Positions 1 through 11,014 of a stretch of 64,000 nucleotides of DNA are shown here, piece by piece. The DNA is taken from positions 1-64,000 of the forward strand of contig NJBH01000003.1 of NCBI GenBank assembly GCA_005223125.1, written 5' to 3'. The notes beneath the pieces are model-generated. The model made no database searches. It had not been told where the DNA came from and saw nothing but the letters and a program-made list of their open reading frames with translations. The stretch comes from Promethearchaeota archaeon Loki_b32 (GTDB taxonomy: Archaea; Asgardarchaeota; Lokiarchaeia; Sigyniarchaeales; SOKP01). Position 1 is the stretch's first letter. Every line of letters begins with the position of its first letter. The position numbers and the translations under genes were made by a program.

Positions 1-1180
1 TAAATGAAAATACCAAATTTCTACCATAAAATATAGAAATACCTTGAGTCATAGATAATCCATTAATTTCATAACTGTGGATTTCAGGTGGGTTATTTTT
101 CACTGTTAAAAAAGTTGATTTTGAATCGATTCCGTTATCATCATCCATTGCTGTGATATCAACTTTATACCTACCAGCAGGTCTATCCGGGAGAATAACG
201 AATGTAGTTGAAAAAAGATTATCTCCCTTATAACTCAAATCTTTTTCAATTACATTTCTACCTTCAGAATCTTGAATGGCCACAGTAATAGTGAGATTCT
301 CTGCTACGGTTTCAATATCAGTGGCATTTATTGAAACCAAACATTCGTCTGTTCTAAAAAGTTCATCAGGAGAAAGATCAATCTCAGAAATAATTGTTGG
401 ATTAGAATTTATTATGTTGAAAGGAAAATATGCTGCTACTATTTTTCCACTAGGTATATCGGTCATATTAACTTTTAGATAGTATATTTTATTTACATCC
501 TGGAAAGTCTCGTTATCTATAGGGAGAGTGAATTGATTAACATTACTTTTAAGATCTAATAAATTATTTTGTGTCGCCTCGTCCATACTATCGACAATAG
601 TAAGGTCCCATTGAAATCCATAATCAATAAAATTACTAGTAAAGTTATTTACCATCAATTCTGCATATAGTGTATCTCCAATAAAGTATTCAGAACTATT
701 AAACCATGCAATACAATTTGAGTGAATTGTGAAGTTTTTATACGTGGTGTGATCATTTAAAAGTGTGCGAGTATCATTGTATATGTAAAAGCTTACATTT
801 TGAACCTCTAAAGGAGCATTATATTCTGGTATATATTCATAATAAAATTCGTTAATTTCGACTTGATCCATATCATAATTTCTAACAGAATTATTACTAA
901 ACTGAATTTCCATTGTTATATAAACCGCATCAGGAAAATCATTTGATGTATCGATAGTAAAATTAATAGATTCAAACAACCGATATATATTTGTAGCGTT
1001 TTGAATTATATCATCATAATTTAGAGCGGTTGCGAATTTAGGGTTTATAAATTCCTCAATTTCATTATCCTCATAATTAATCGTTTGAAAATCATTTAAA
1101 GAAATTAGCATTGAATTTAAACAAAATCCAAATAAAATGAATGAAAATAAAATTATAATTTTGTACCGATTCTTTGTCAA
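1..1180 (-). CDS. Secreted/surface protein with beta-rich Ig-like repeats (partial, runs off the left edge)
   Basis: Not in the ORF track. Manual translation from TTG at 1180 gives MTKNRYKIIILFSFILFGFCLNSMLIS (signal-like), and the frame stays open to position 2 (..NSNPTII..INATDIET..VKNNPPEI..). Begins 7 nt after the stop of the upstream 933-aa gene. Confidence 0.8.
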   Translation of the reverse strand, partial: MTKNRYKIIILFSFILFGFCLNSMLISLNDFQTINYEDNEIEEFINPKFATALNYDDIIQNATNIYRLFESINFTIDTSNDFPDAVYITMEIQFSNNSVRNYDMDQVEINEFYYEYIPEYNAPLEVQNVSFYIYNDTRTLLNDHTTYKNFTIHSNCIAWFNSSEYFIGDTLYAELMVNNFTSNFIDYGFQWDLTIVDSMDEATQNNLLDLKSNVNQFTLPIDNETFQDVNKIYYLKVNMTDIPSGKIVAAYFPFNIINSNPTIISEIDLSPDELFRTDECLVSINATDIETVAENLTITVAIQDSEGRNVIEKDLSYKGDNLFSTTFVILPDRPAGRYKVDITAMDDDNGIDSKSTFLTVKNNPPEIHSYEINGLSMTQGISIFYGRNLVFSF

Positions 1181-1187
1181 GATTATC

Positions 1188-3989
1188 TCATCTTCTTAAT
1201 TTCTTATGTTTTATATCTCTATTCTTAAAAAAAAGTATTACTCCAATAGGGATTACAATCGGTAAAATATAGAAAATGACTAAATTAAAAGATGATAATT
1301 TTAAACCAATTTCAAAATAAAACCTTTCAATTTCTTCATCAGAACTATCTTTTAATACAATTCTATATACCTTAGTTCCAAATTCATAGGGATTTATTGT
1401 TGGCGTTATTTTTGCTACAATTGTATTTTCCCCCGTGTTTAACTCAGCTATGTTCGTGCCAACCCTTTTTCCGTTAAAATATAAGGAAAATTCCTCCGAA
1501 TTATCTTGGTTGTTTTGGATTACTATTATTAACTGAGCAATAGCCCCTTGAGGTACAGTTTTTGGAAAGGTAACACTTATTAACTCAAATTTAGGTATTA
1601 TTTCTATTAAAAATACTTCAGAATAAAATTCTGTTGTGTTGATTAATATGCTCATTTTAACTCTGATGGTTTCATTATCAATAAATTCTAAGGTTTTGAG
1701 ATAGTAGGAAACCGTTTTTATTTCATTTTCGTTTAATGTCTCCTCTTTAATATAATCTTCAATACTATTATCATTATATCCTGTAAAACTTACGTTAAAG
1801 GTTTGAGTTGCATTTGGGAGAAAACTCTCCAAATTCATTGATACCAAGAGATAATCACCACCAACCACTTTACTTTGATATATAAAGTTACTGTAATCAA
1901 ATGGATATCCAATTTCTATTACTTTTTTTATTTCTAAGTAAATAATATCATCTTTTTTAATTCTAAAAAAGATTTCACTACTTCCTGGTATTGCACCAAG
2001 CTTGGCTGTAAGGTTAAAGTTTATTCGAATTTCTTCCAAAGTTACAAAACTAATTTCCTGAGAAGGGTAATTTTGTAATTCTTCACCTTCTAAAGATGCT
2101 GTTAATGTTAAATTTTCATAACGGGTATAATTAATAACTAAGGACACATTTATTACAGGTCCTTGATATAACGTACTTGGTAATCCCTCAATTGATTTGT
2201 TAATTAATCCAGAAACAACATTAAAACGTTTTAAAGTGCTTGTCAGTCTAAAATATGTTGTATTAGCCCAAATATAAATATTATACCCATCACCTATGGA
2301 TAAGGTTTCAGTAATATTATATAAAAGAGTATGGGATGTTGCAGGTTCATTAATTTGATCTTCAAATTGATAATAAAAAGTTCCATTAGGATATTTAAAA
2401 ACATAATTAATAGTGGCATTTGTTATATCATATTGTACTATAGAACGTCCATAAGACTCATTTTCTGGATTATAGAAAGGAATACTTTTAATAAATGAAT
2501 AGGTTGATGTTAAATTCATTTTTTCTTGATTAAAAATAAAATCTGGTATATTTCCCGATACATTATAGACTCCAGTTAAAACTGTGCTATTATAAATATT
2601 AAAAGCATCTAGATATGCCCTACTTAATTTAAGATTTGAATAAAATGATTTAGATGTATCACTTAAAGATAAATTGTAGGCACCGTTGATATCGTCATAT
2701 AGACTTTCTAGAGAATTGTATAATTTCAATGCCCTGTTATAGTATGTTATATTTCCTGTACCTTCAAACAATTTCAAACAAGCACTCATCATCAAAGCGT
2801 TACTATCAAGGTTTAAACTAGGATCAAATATTATAGCCCAAGTAGGTTGGCCAATATTCTTATATAGATTATTACTTGAATCCCATAAATGAGTTTCATC
2901 AGATAAGCTCTCATATAGGTCGATAGCCATTTGTAAATAAGTAGAATCATTTTGCATGCCAGATTCAATCCAAAATTCTATTAAGCTGATTATACCTAAA
3001 GCATTTGTGCTTAAGTGATAATTTTTTTGCTGGCCACCACCTGTGCCCCAATTTCTATCAGCATTATGATAGAAAGCCTCATCTAAAGGATTCCACATAT
3101 TGTCAATCATATCAATCATAGTTAAATTTGCGAGTTCATAAGCTCTGTTTCGTATTGTAGCGTCTAAATTGAGATCATAATAGTTTTGGTGAATTAAGAG
3201 ATTTGCCAATATAGCATAAAAATTACTTTCAGAATATTTAACATTAATATTGAATGGCGGCTCTAAATATGAAGAATTATAATGATAAAATCCATTATAA
3301 TTAATTCTATCATCCCAAAATTCAGAAGAATTCATTAAATAGAACATTTCATTAATATAATTTCTTGGAGATTTTCCATTAATCGAGATAGTGTTAATTT
3401 CAGCACCAATATTTTCAATTAAAAGGAATATTGGCAATAAATTATCATATAAGTATCTATTATCATCTTTTATTTCCCCTGTTGCATTATCAATTGAATT
3501 AATAAAGCCATATTCAAACTCATTTACATCACCTTCATACCATAAAGTAGTATCTTTTAAATCTAAGTAAATATCAAATGTTTCAAGATCATCAATTTCC
3601 ATTTTCATTAACGAGTTGTAATAAAATAAATTGTCTTCTGAAAAAATTGTATCATCTGTAATAACACCATCACTATCTCCATATCTGAAATAGGTGGGTA
3701 TTTCAAAATCTAAACTTGATTGATACTTTGTCTCAAAAAAGTCGCGTAATAGATCAAAATTTTCTGTAAATGGGTCTTGAAGCATTGAAGTTGCAGAAGT
3801 TGTCTGCAGATTATCTATAGGATTATCAAGAATATCTCTATTTTCTGCAGAAAAGTTTTCTCCTGAAAAATTAATATTTAAAATATTTAGTAAGAAAATT
3901 GAAACAAAGAAAAGAGATATTACTATTTTTAGACGTTGGTCTATTTGTCTTCTTTTCTTTCCTTTAATGAATAAATTTGATAACTCCAT
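1188..3989 (-). CDS. Large membrane-anchored surface glycoprotein: (alpha/alpha)6-barrel-like (GH76/AGE-like) domain plus Ig-like domains
   Basis: N-terminal hydrophobic segment; repeats such as YLQMAIDLYESL..LWD and YYNRALKLYNSL..LYD; beta-rich C-terminal half; C-terminal TM with basic tail; about 25 N-x-S/T sequons. Confidence 0.6.
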   Translation of the reverse strand: MELSNLFIKGKKRRQIDQRLKIVISLFFVSIFLLNILNINFSGENFSAENRDILDNPIDNLQTTSATSMLQDPFTENFDLLRDFFETKYQSSLDFEIPTYFRYGDSDGVITDDTIFSEDNLFYYNSLMKMEIDDLETFDIYLDLKDTTLWYEGDVNEFEYGFINSIDNATGEIKDDNRYLYDNLLPIFLLIENIGAEINTISINGKSPRNYINEMFYLMNSSEFWDDRINYNGFYHYNSSYLEPPFNINVKYSESNFYAILANLLIHQNYYDLNLDATIRNRAYELANLTMIDMIDNMWNPLDEAFYHNADRNWGTGGGQQKNYHLSTNALGIISLIEFWIESGMQNDSTYLQMAIDLYESLSDETHLWDSSNNLYKNIGQPTWAIIFDPSLNLDSNALMMSACLKLFEGTGNITYYNRALKLYNSLESLYDDINGAYNLSLSDTSKSFYSNLKLSRAYLDAFNIYNSTVLTGVYNVSGNIPDFIFNQEKMNLTSTYSFIKSIPFYNPENESYGRSIVQYDITNATINYVFKYPNGTFYYQFEDQINEPATSHTLLYNITETLSIGDGYNIYIWANTTYFRLTSTLKRFNVVSGLINKSIEGLPSTLYQGPVINVSLVINYTRYENLTLTASLEGEELQNYPSQEISFVTLEEIRINFNLTAKLGAIPGSSEIFFRIKKDDIIYLEIKKVIEIGYPFDYSNFIYQSKVVGGDYLLVSMNLESFLPNATQTFNVSFTGYNDNSIEDYIKEETLNENEIKTVSYYLKTLEFIDNETIRVKMSILINTTEFYSEVFLIEIIPKFELISVTFPKTVPQGAIAQLIIVIQNNQDNSEEFSLYFNGKRVGTNIAELNTGENTIVAKITPTINPYEFGTKVYRIVLKDSSDEEIERFYFEIGLKLSSFNLVIFYILPIVIPIGVILFFKNRDIKHKKLRR

Positions 3990-4214
3990 GTTAAATTAAA
4001 TAAAGCAATTATGTATGTTCTAACCAAAGTTTAATTTTTAAATTATATTTGTAAAAAATCCTTCTCTTTAAAATTTTTTCTGAACATACCAAATAGATCA
4101 TAATATTTAACAAAAGTTTAAGAGTTAATTCAATTCTTAATTTTAAACATAGATCTATTATTAAAAATTAGAGGATTTGATATTTTTATAAAAAAATATA
4201 CATGGATACTTAAT

Positions 4215-5711
4215 TCACTTAAAGGTTCTGAGTTTATTTCTTATGATTTCAACTAATTCATTTATATTTACTCTATCTTGTTTCATTGTATCTCTAAATC
4301 TAAGAGTAACTGAATTGTCTTCTAGAGAATCATAATCAATTGTAACACAGTACATTGTGCCAATTTCGTCTTGTCTTCGATACCTTTTACCAATTGAGCC
4401 AGAAGCATCATAAAATGAATTAATCCGATTTTCTAATAAGTCTCTATGCACACTTAATGCTAATTTTCTAATATTTTCCTTATTTTTGACAAGAGGAAAG
4501 ACTGCTACTATGTTTGGAGCTAAATTTGGGTTAAGTTTCAAATTAATTCTTCCTTCTTCCACATTAAAATTTGTCTCAAGTAATGTATATATGATTCTAT
4601 CAATTCCAAATGCAATTTCAAGAATCTGAGGAATTTCTTTGGTTTCTGAATCAGAACTCATATTTATGTTAAAATTCTGTTTCGAGAATTCTCCATGTCT
4701 TCTTAAATCATAATTAGTTCTATCATGGACCCCACATATCTCAACCCATCCAAATTGTTTTGTCTTTATTTCCAAATCCCAAGCATCATCAGCGTAATGA
4801 GCACGTTCATTTATTGAATGTTGCCTTAATCTAATGACTTCTTCTGGAAACCCTAAAATTCTGGTCAAATAATAAGTGATATAAAGACAATAAGCATATG
4901 CTGGTTTTTTGAGTATTTTTGTGTTAATTGTGGTCTCTAATGAAATTTTTTCTGGTTTAACGATATTCTTCTCTTGGAGTTTCCAATCTAAAAGAGGTAA
5001 AATTTTATCTTTAATCTCTTCATAATCCTCAAATTCCATCTCTTGCTGTTTACCGATAAATAATTGGAGTTCCAATTGATCAAATGCCCTCATTCGAAGA
5101 ACTCCTTGACGTGGAGAAATTTCATTTCGATACGCTTTACCAAATTGGCATATCCTAATTGGGTATTGCCTTCTAGCATCTTGATTTAAACGATTGAATA
5201 ATAAGTATGTTGTGGTGGCTGTTTCTGGTCGTAAATATGCGGTAACATTATTACCTACTTGTGTTTTTAACATTAAATTATATTCTTCTATTTTAGTAAA
5301 AGTATTTCCGCAATTAGGACAAGCTAAATTATGTTTTTTAATTAAATCTTCCATAGCCTGAAATGACAAACCATCAATCATAAGGTCTGGAAGCTGTTCC
5401 TGAAGGAATTTATCTGCTCTATATAATGTATTACATTTCTTACATCTCAGAACAGGATCAATAAAGCGTTCCAAATGCCCAGATGCTCTCCATACAATTT
5501 CAGGCATAATTGTTGGGCATTCAACTTCTCCAAAACCAAAATATTGTAATTCTCTCCTAAATAAATTTAAAATATTGTTCTTAAGAGCCATTCCCGAGGG
5601 GGCGTAAGAATAGAACCCCGCTAATCCACCATAAATCTCTGGTGAAGGTCCCCATATAAATTTTCTTCTAATTAATGAATTAAATGTTTCAAAATTATCC
5701 TCAATTTTCAT
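4215..5711 (-). CDS. glyS: Glycine--tRNA ligase (alpha2, archaeal/eukaryal type)
   Basis: EIYGG, ASGH, YLRPETA, GKAYRNEISPRQG, ERAHYA, GSIGKRYRRQDEIG motifs. Confidence 0.97.
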   Translation of the reverse strand: MKIEDNFETFNSLIRRKFIWGPSPEIYGGLAGFYSYAPSGMALKNNILNLFRRELQYFGFGEVECPTIMPEIVWRASGHLERFIDPVLRCKKCNTLYRADKFLQEQLPDLMIDGLSFQAMEDLIKKHNLACPNCGNTFTKIEEYNLMLKTQVGNNVTAYLRPETATTTYLLFNRLNQDARRQYPIRICQFGKAYRNEISPRQGVLRMRAFDQLELQLFIGKQQEMEFEDYEEIKDKILPLLDWKLQEKNIVKPEKISLETTINTKILKKPAYAYCLYITYYLTRILGFPEEVIRLRQHSINERAHYADDAWDLEIKTKQFGWVEICGVHDRTNYDLRRHGEFSKQNFNINMSSDSETKEIPQILEIAFGIDRIIYTLLETNFNVEEGRINLKLNPNLAPNIVAVFPLVKNKENIRKLALSVHRDLLENRINSFYDASGSIGKRYRRQDEIGTMYCVTIDYDSLEDNSVTLRFRDTMKQDRVNINELVEIIRNKLRTFK

Positions 5712-5838
5712 ACCATATTAAAAAGTGTATTATTTTATTTGTATTTTAAGATATTACAAGTAAATTAAAATAAATTTTTATAATAGTAATATAATAATAA
5801 TATTATTATTTCTTAAAAGTAAAAAAAATTGAAGACTT

Positions 5839-6696
5839 ATGTTATTTCAAGAAACTCCATTGGAATATTTATCATTTTTTGATGCCATAGAGATGGGTCT
5901 CTATTTTATTATTGTAGGTTACTTTTTCCTCTTATTTTTCTACTTCCTCTTCATACGATATAGAACTTCAAGGAAGTTGTATTGGTTGTTTTTTAGCTTA
6001 TTTTTTCTATGTTTTGGCATTGCAAGGGTATTTTTCATTGTCTATTATTTCTTCGGTCCAGAACTATACGATTTAACAAATGGTGCTGAAGTCGTTGCAT
6101 TTTTAATGATAAATTTTCGCTTAGCAACATTCTTTACTTGGATGGGGGTAGCTTGTGCTGTTGGAGTTTTAGGAATTCTTTTATTTCCACCTGAAACACA
6201 GGAGGAAAATAAAGGAAAAAAAACATTAAACGAATGGTTAAAAAATAGAAAAAATCTCGAATTACTTATTCGGATAGGATTATTTGCTCTCCCTATAATT
6301 ATAGGAATTCTCGCTTTAACATTACCAGATGGCTTATTTATGGATCCTGATTTTATTGACGAGTATATTGTACCTGATAATATTGTTAAAATCACTATTG
6401 GCTCATGGAATTATCCACTTGGTAGATTTCTATTTAATTTCATTTTTATGCCACTATTCCTCACATTGATTCCTTTTATCTTTCTATATCTTGCCTGGAA
6501 AACTTTTGGAGTATTAAGAAAATCATATGCTTTAAATGCTATTGGTTTCATTCTTTATTTTATCGGGGGAAGAATATTACAAGGTGTACTAGATGTAGCT
6601 ACATTACCTCATTTGAGAGCGATAATGCCCCCATTAATAATATTACTCGCGCTTCTTATTTTAGTTATAGCAAATAATTACGAACAGCTCAAATAA
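5839..6696 (+). CDS. Uncharacterised protein with about 7 transmembrane helices
   Basis: Seven hydrophobic segments; no soluble domain. Confidence 0.75.
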   Translation: MLFQETPLEYLSFFDAIEMGLYFIIVGYFFLLFFYFLFIRYRTSRKLYWLFFSLFFLCFGIARVFFIVYYFFGPELYDLTNGAEVVAFLMINFRLATFFTWMGVACAVGVLGILLFPPETQEENKGKKTLNEWLKNRKNLELLIRIGLFALPIIIGILALTLPDGLFMDPDFIDEYIVPDNIVKITIGSWNYPLGRFLFNFIFMPLFLTLIPFIFLYLAWKTFGVLRKSYALNAIGFILYFIGGRILQGVLDVATLPHLRAIMPPLIILLALLILVIANNYEQLK

Positions 6697-6910
6697 AATA
6701 ATTTTACTTTTTACTTATATAATTATTTTTTGTCAGTGGCATTTCTCAAATTACATTATAGCAACCCTTGAAAGTAGTAGAAACATTTAAACTACTATTT
6801 TTTTTTCCTAAAGAAAAAAAGATTAAAAATTTAAAACTGGAGCTCTTTAAATTTAATATATTTGATATATATATATTAAAGATATAAATTAAAAATTCAA
6901 GATAATATCC

Positions 6911-8545
6911 ATGACTGTACACGGAAATCAGTATTTGTTACCATTTTTTATCAGAAAAGATTCACGACCCCTTTCAATTCAAGGAAATGATGAATTAGCG
7001 CTTTCGTTTTATCTTTTAACTAATGAATTGAGTAAAAATAAAAAAATTATTTCTTTTTCAAGACTTCTTTGGCCTATTTTAAGCATTCAAGGCGTAATTA
7101 GTACCCATATAATGTTAGATGGATTAAAGCTTTTTAATAATAGAGGTAGGTTTTCTAATCCCCCACGTCAACCTTTAATTGGTCATATTCTTAGGAATAT
7201 AGACAATAAAACACGAATTGAATTACTCAATAGAATTCTTGACGTTTTAACCTATAAAGACATAGAAGCTGAAGAAATTGGTGAAGGAGAAGAATCTGAA
7301 TTTCAAACACTTAAAATTGATAGTATAATTAATCCAGTGTTTCTTCAGTCATTAATAAAATTCATTCCTCTTATTGAATATAAACCGATTGTAGATTACA
7401 CGGTGTTAGATTCTAGTATTTCTACTGAAAATGCTTTAAATATCTCGGAAGAGTATCGCCAAATAATCAATGCTATGAAAGGAAATGCGTTAAGATGGAA
7501 GACTCAAATTGAATTAATAGATAAAGAAGTAAGTAAGTGGCTTATTGATCTAAACGTTCAATTAAAAGATATTGATTCACGTTATTCGAGTCAAATTACT
7601 AAAACTACCTCTTCAATAGATACATTTCAAGTGAATGAAAAAACAAAATTAGAATTAGATAAAATTGATCAATGGAGTGTTAAAGAGAAGAAAAAAATAA
7701 TTGAAAACATGTCTACTTTATTTAAAACATTTGAAAGACACCTAGAAGAAATAATAAAGAAAAATAAATTTTTTACAAGTGGAGATTCTTTAAAAAGTAG
7801 AGTTTTCAAAGATATTGTACCTCACTTTGAAAATCAATTTTTATATCTAAGAGATGAGGGAAAAAAGTTCTTAGAATCCATTGAAGGTCTTCACCAAAAA
7901 TTCAAAGAATTAAAAGAACGAGGAACTCAAATTGATATTGAAGCAGAACAAAAGTTAGCTAAATTTAAGGACTCATTACATATAAAACTAAAAGATAGAG
8001 ATAAACAATTAACTGAATTTGAAAGTGAAAAAGAAGTGAAAATCTCTGAGTTAAATAATCTAAAAACTCAGATAGAAGATTTAATTACAAATATCAAAAA
8101 AATTATACAAGAAAAACAAAATTCATGCTTACAAGAAGCGCAAAAATTGATTGAATGGTCTCTTAATGATGATCAATCAGATTTATTTTCGAGGCCTATA
8201 CAGTGGATATATATGCCAATATATGCGATTTTTATTGAAGATGAGGATAATATGGAAGAATATATGAATATTTTATTTCCGGGATATATAACCAACGACC
8301 CAAATGCTATATATCAAAACATTGATGATGCCTTCATTAGTTTAAAGAATATTGTGAATGAAAAAGTCGAAACAGACATGGCTACACGATCGAATTTTGA
8401 ATTTTCTTGTGAAAGGAAAAATTTAATTAACGATCCTAACCTTAAAAAGAGAATTCAGTTAGGAATTTCCAAATTAAGAGAAAAGACGCTACTTAATGAA
8501 ACCATTGAAAGAATTATTCGAGAAAAATTAAATTTGTTAACCTAA
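6911..8545 (+). CDS. Uncharacterised protein with long central coiled coil
   Basis: 544-aa ORF; E/K/L/Q-rich heptad region of about 230 aa between globular ends. Confidence 0.75.
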   Translation: MTVHGNQYLLPFFIRKDSRPLSIQGNDELALSFYLLTNELSKNKKIISFSRLLWPILSIQGVISTHIMLDGLKLFNNRGRFSNPPRQPLIGHILRNIDNKTRIELLNRILDVLTYKDIEAEEIGEGEESEFQTLKIDSIINPVFLQSLIKFIPLIEYKPIVDYTVLDSSISTENALNISEEYRQIINAMKGNALRWKTQIELIDKEVSKWLIDLNVQLKDIDSRYSSQITKTTSSIDTFQVNEKTKLELDKIDQWSVKEKKKIIENMSTLFKTFERHLEEIIKKNKFFTSGDSLKSRVFKDIVPHFENQFLYLRDEGKKFLESIEGLHQKFKELKERGTQIDIEAEQKLAKFKDSLHIKLKDRDKQLTEFESEKEVKISELNNLKTQIEDLITNIKKIIQEKQNSCLQEAQKLIEWSLNDDQSDLFSRPIQWIYMPIYAIFIEDEDNMEEYMNILFPGYITNDPNAIYQNIDDAFISLKNIVNEKVETDMATRSNFEFSCERKNLINDPNLKKRIQLGISKLREKTLLNETIERIIREKLNLLT

Positions 8546-8569
8546 CTTTACATTTTTTTACTTCTGATC

Positions 8570-9250
8570 ATGTCACAATCAAAATTAGAGCGTAAAAAAA
8601 GATTAAATCTCAAAAAAAGGAAAATTAGAGCTTATTTCTTATCAATCGAAACAAAAAAAAAACATAAAGTAGAAGTTGATAAGGTTGCAGAGGAACTTTA
8701 TCAAGATGGTATGGTTTACATCCAAATGAAACTCCCTGTTGAGAAAATAACTAATGTTGAAAAAAATTTAAAGGAAAAAATAGAACATAACATAGTACAA
8801 GCAAACATACGAGAAGCTACGAAATCAGATCTTGAGAGCTTGAAATATATTTATAATAGAGCTTGGCTAACTTCCAATACCCCGTTTCGCCCAATAACTA
8901 AAACAGATTTACAAAAAATCCTTGAATATCCTGAAACTGTATTCCTTATAGCAAAATTATATGGATCTGATGCTGCATTTCTTCTTCTAGATTTTGAAGG
9001 TGAAAATAAAGAATTTGCAATCATAGCTGCTTTAGCTGTTATTCCTAGATTTCAAAGGAAAGGTCTTGGATCAGTTCTAGGCATGGCAAGTTGGCAATAT
9101 CTTAAAAAGGAATTCCCTAATGTAAAGGAAATTAGATGTGAAGTATATAAAGATAATAAAGTCTCATATGCTTTCATAAAAGGCATTGGATTTGAAGAGT
9201 ATGGCAAAAAGGTTTATAAAAAAGAAGATTTTGAGATTTCCGACAACTAA
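8570..9250 (+). CDS. GNAT-family N-acetyltransferase
   Basis: IREATKSD, LAVIPRFQRKGLGS (motif A), N..SYAFIKGIGF. Confidence 0.9.
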   Translation: MSQSKLERKKRLNLKKRKIRAYFLSIETKKKHKVEVDKVAEELYQDGMVYIQMKLPVEKITNVEKNLKEKIEHNIVQANIREATKSDLESLKYIYNRAWLTSNTPFRPITKTDLQKILEYPETVFLIAKLYGSDAAFLLLDFEGENKEFAIIAALAVIPRFQRKGLGSVLGMASWQYLKKEFPNVKEIRCEVYKDNKVSYAFIKGIGFEEYGKKVYKKEDFEISDN

Positions 9251-9281
9251 AAATAGTATTTCAATCATAAAGCTTTTATTT

Positions 9282-10736
9282 CTATAAAATATTAATATCT
9301 GTTTGATTTCTTAACGATTTTATTTTTTCGTTTAACAAATTCGCGCTATAGTCATCTTGCATTTTTTGATAATAGTCTCTTGCGCTTTCGAAATTGGATA
9401 TAGCCCGTTCAGTTATTCCTTTATGGAGGTATATATCACCTAATTTATGATAGATTATTGCACATTCTTTAATATATTCTAGATCTTCATATATGTTCAA
9501 AGCCTCTTCTATGTAATTTATCGCTTTTGATGTGTCTTCCTCAAATTCTAAAATAATCTTTCCTATTTTGAATTTAAGTTCAGCATTTTTTCTATTGTCT
9601 CCAAATTTATAAAAAATCTCGCAAGATAGATCATAATATTCAATAGATTTATCAATATCTCCTTTAGAGAGATATAATTCTGCTAAATTTTCTAAGATCT
9701 CACCTTCTTTTATATTATCTCCAATTTCAAAAATGCGGACTGCTTCTAAACTTTGGAGAAATAAGTTTTCAGCTTTAGTAAGATTATCCCATAAACTATA
9801 AATTTTTCCTAGATAAAGAAAACATTCCCATTCTAATTTTGCTTTAATATAAACAGTGATATTTTTTTTTATTAATTCAATTAACTCTAAGGCTTTAGTT
9901 AAATGTTGAAGAGATTCACTAAAATCCTCCCCCATCATATAATAAAGTTTCCCAAATTTAATATGGGTTTGAATCATTCCAAATACATCTTCATTATCTT
10001 TAAAGAAGTCCAGATTTTTTGTTAAGATTCCTTTAATCCGATCGTAATCCTTTAATAAATATAGGACTTCCACTAAATTACTAGAAGATTTTACTTCTTC
10101 AAAAATGAAGTTTTCTTGTTGAGAAAGTTGATATGCTTTTTGATAATAATTATAAGATTGTTCTATATCCTTAATAAGAAAATATACATTTCCTAGATTA
10201 TTAAAAACTTTAACAATTTTAGATGTATCATTTAAATCCTTAAGAATCTCAAGAGATCTGTTAAAATGATAAATTGCTTGGTCAAAAAATCCATTGTCTT
10301 CTTGGATTATTCCTAATTCATTGTGACATATGGCAATATTAGATAAATCATTTTCCTCCTTAAAATTAGTAAGAGCTAATTCAAGAGTTTTTAGAGCTTC
10401 TGGAATATCTCTTTTTCTATAATAGAGACTTGATTTCTCTAATAATAATGATCCAGGGATTGGTTCTCCTAGGACTTCTTTACTTTCTAAAGTTGAATCT
10501 ATTTTTTTTATTTTTTGATCAATTTCCTCATCTTTAATAATAATATCATCATAGGCATCACTTTCTTCCTCCAGATCTAGATGAAAAATCTCCGGTTCAC
10601 CATAAGTAAATCTTACATTTCTATCTAAAGCATCCTCTAAATTTGCAATTAAAGGTTTATTACAATTTCTACAATATGACCAAAATTCCTCAATAGGATT
10701 TTTACAATATGGACATGTCTTCATAAGCATAGACAA
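9282..10736 (-). CDS. Zn-ribbon plus tetratricopeptide-repeat protein
   Basis: N-terminal CPYC..CRNC; multiple TPRs (HNELGII..A..HF..SL, NNLGNVY..Y..A). Confidence 0.88.
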   Translation of the reverse strand: MSMLMKTCPYCKNPIEEFWSYCRNCNKPLIANLEDALDRNVRFTYGEPEIFHLDLEEESDAYDDIIIKDEEIDQKIKKIDSTLESKEVLGEPIPGSLLLEKSSLYYRKRDIPEALKTLELALTNFKEENDLSNIAICHNELGIIQEDNGFFDQAIYHFNRSLEILKDLNDTSKIVKVFNNLGNVYFLIKDIEQSYNYYQKAYQLSQQENFIFEEVKSSSNLVEVLYLLKDYDRIKGILTKNLDFFKDNEDVFGMIQTHIKFGKLYYMMGEDFSESLQHLTKALELIELIKKNITVYIKAKLEWECFLYLGKIYSLWDNLTKAENLFLQSLEAVRIFEIGDNIKEGEILENLAELYLSKGDIDKSIEYYDLSCEIFYKFGDNRKNAELKFKIGKIILEFEEDTSKAINYIEEALNIYEDLEYIKECAIIYHKLGDIYLHKGITERAISNFESARDYYQKMQDDYSANLLNEKIKSLRNQTDINIL

Positions 10737-11014
10737 ATTAATTTGTTTGAAGTGAAAACTCTTAAAATAAAAATGAAAATAACATTATTTATAATTAATT
10801 ATCAATTCTAACAACCATTACATTAATATATCCTTCTCATTTTTTTAATTTTTAACCCCTAAATAGCAAGAGATTCTAAGAAAAACATTAAATAGAGATA
10901 ATTTCACTTATCTATTAAGAAACCTTGACATATCTCTGGATTTATAAAAAGAAATAAAAGGGATAAAATTTTTTTTTATAAAAAAAACTTCGATTTTATA
11001 AAGAGTGAATAACG

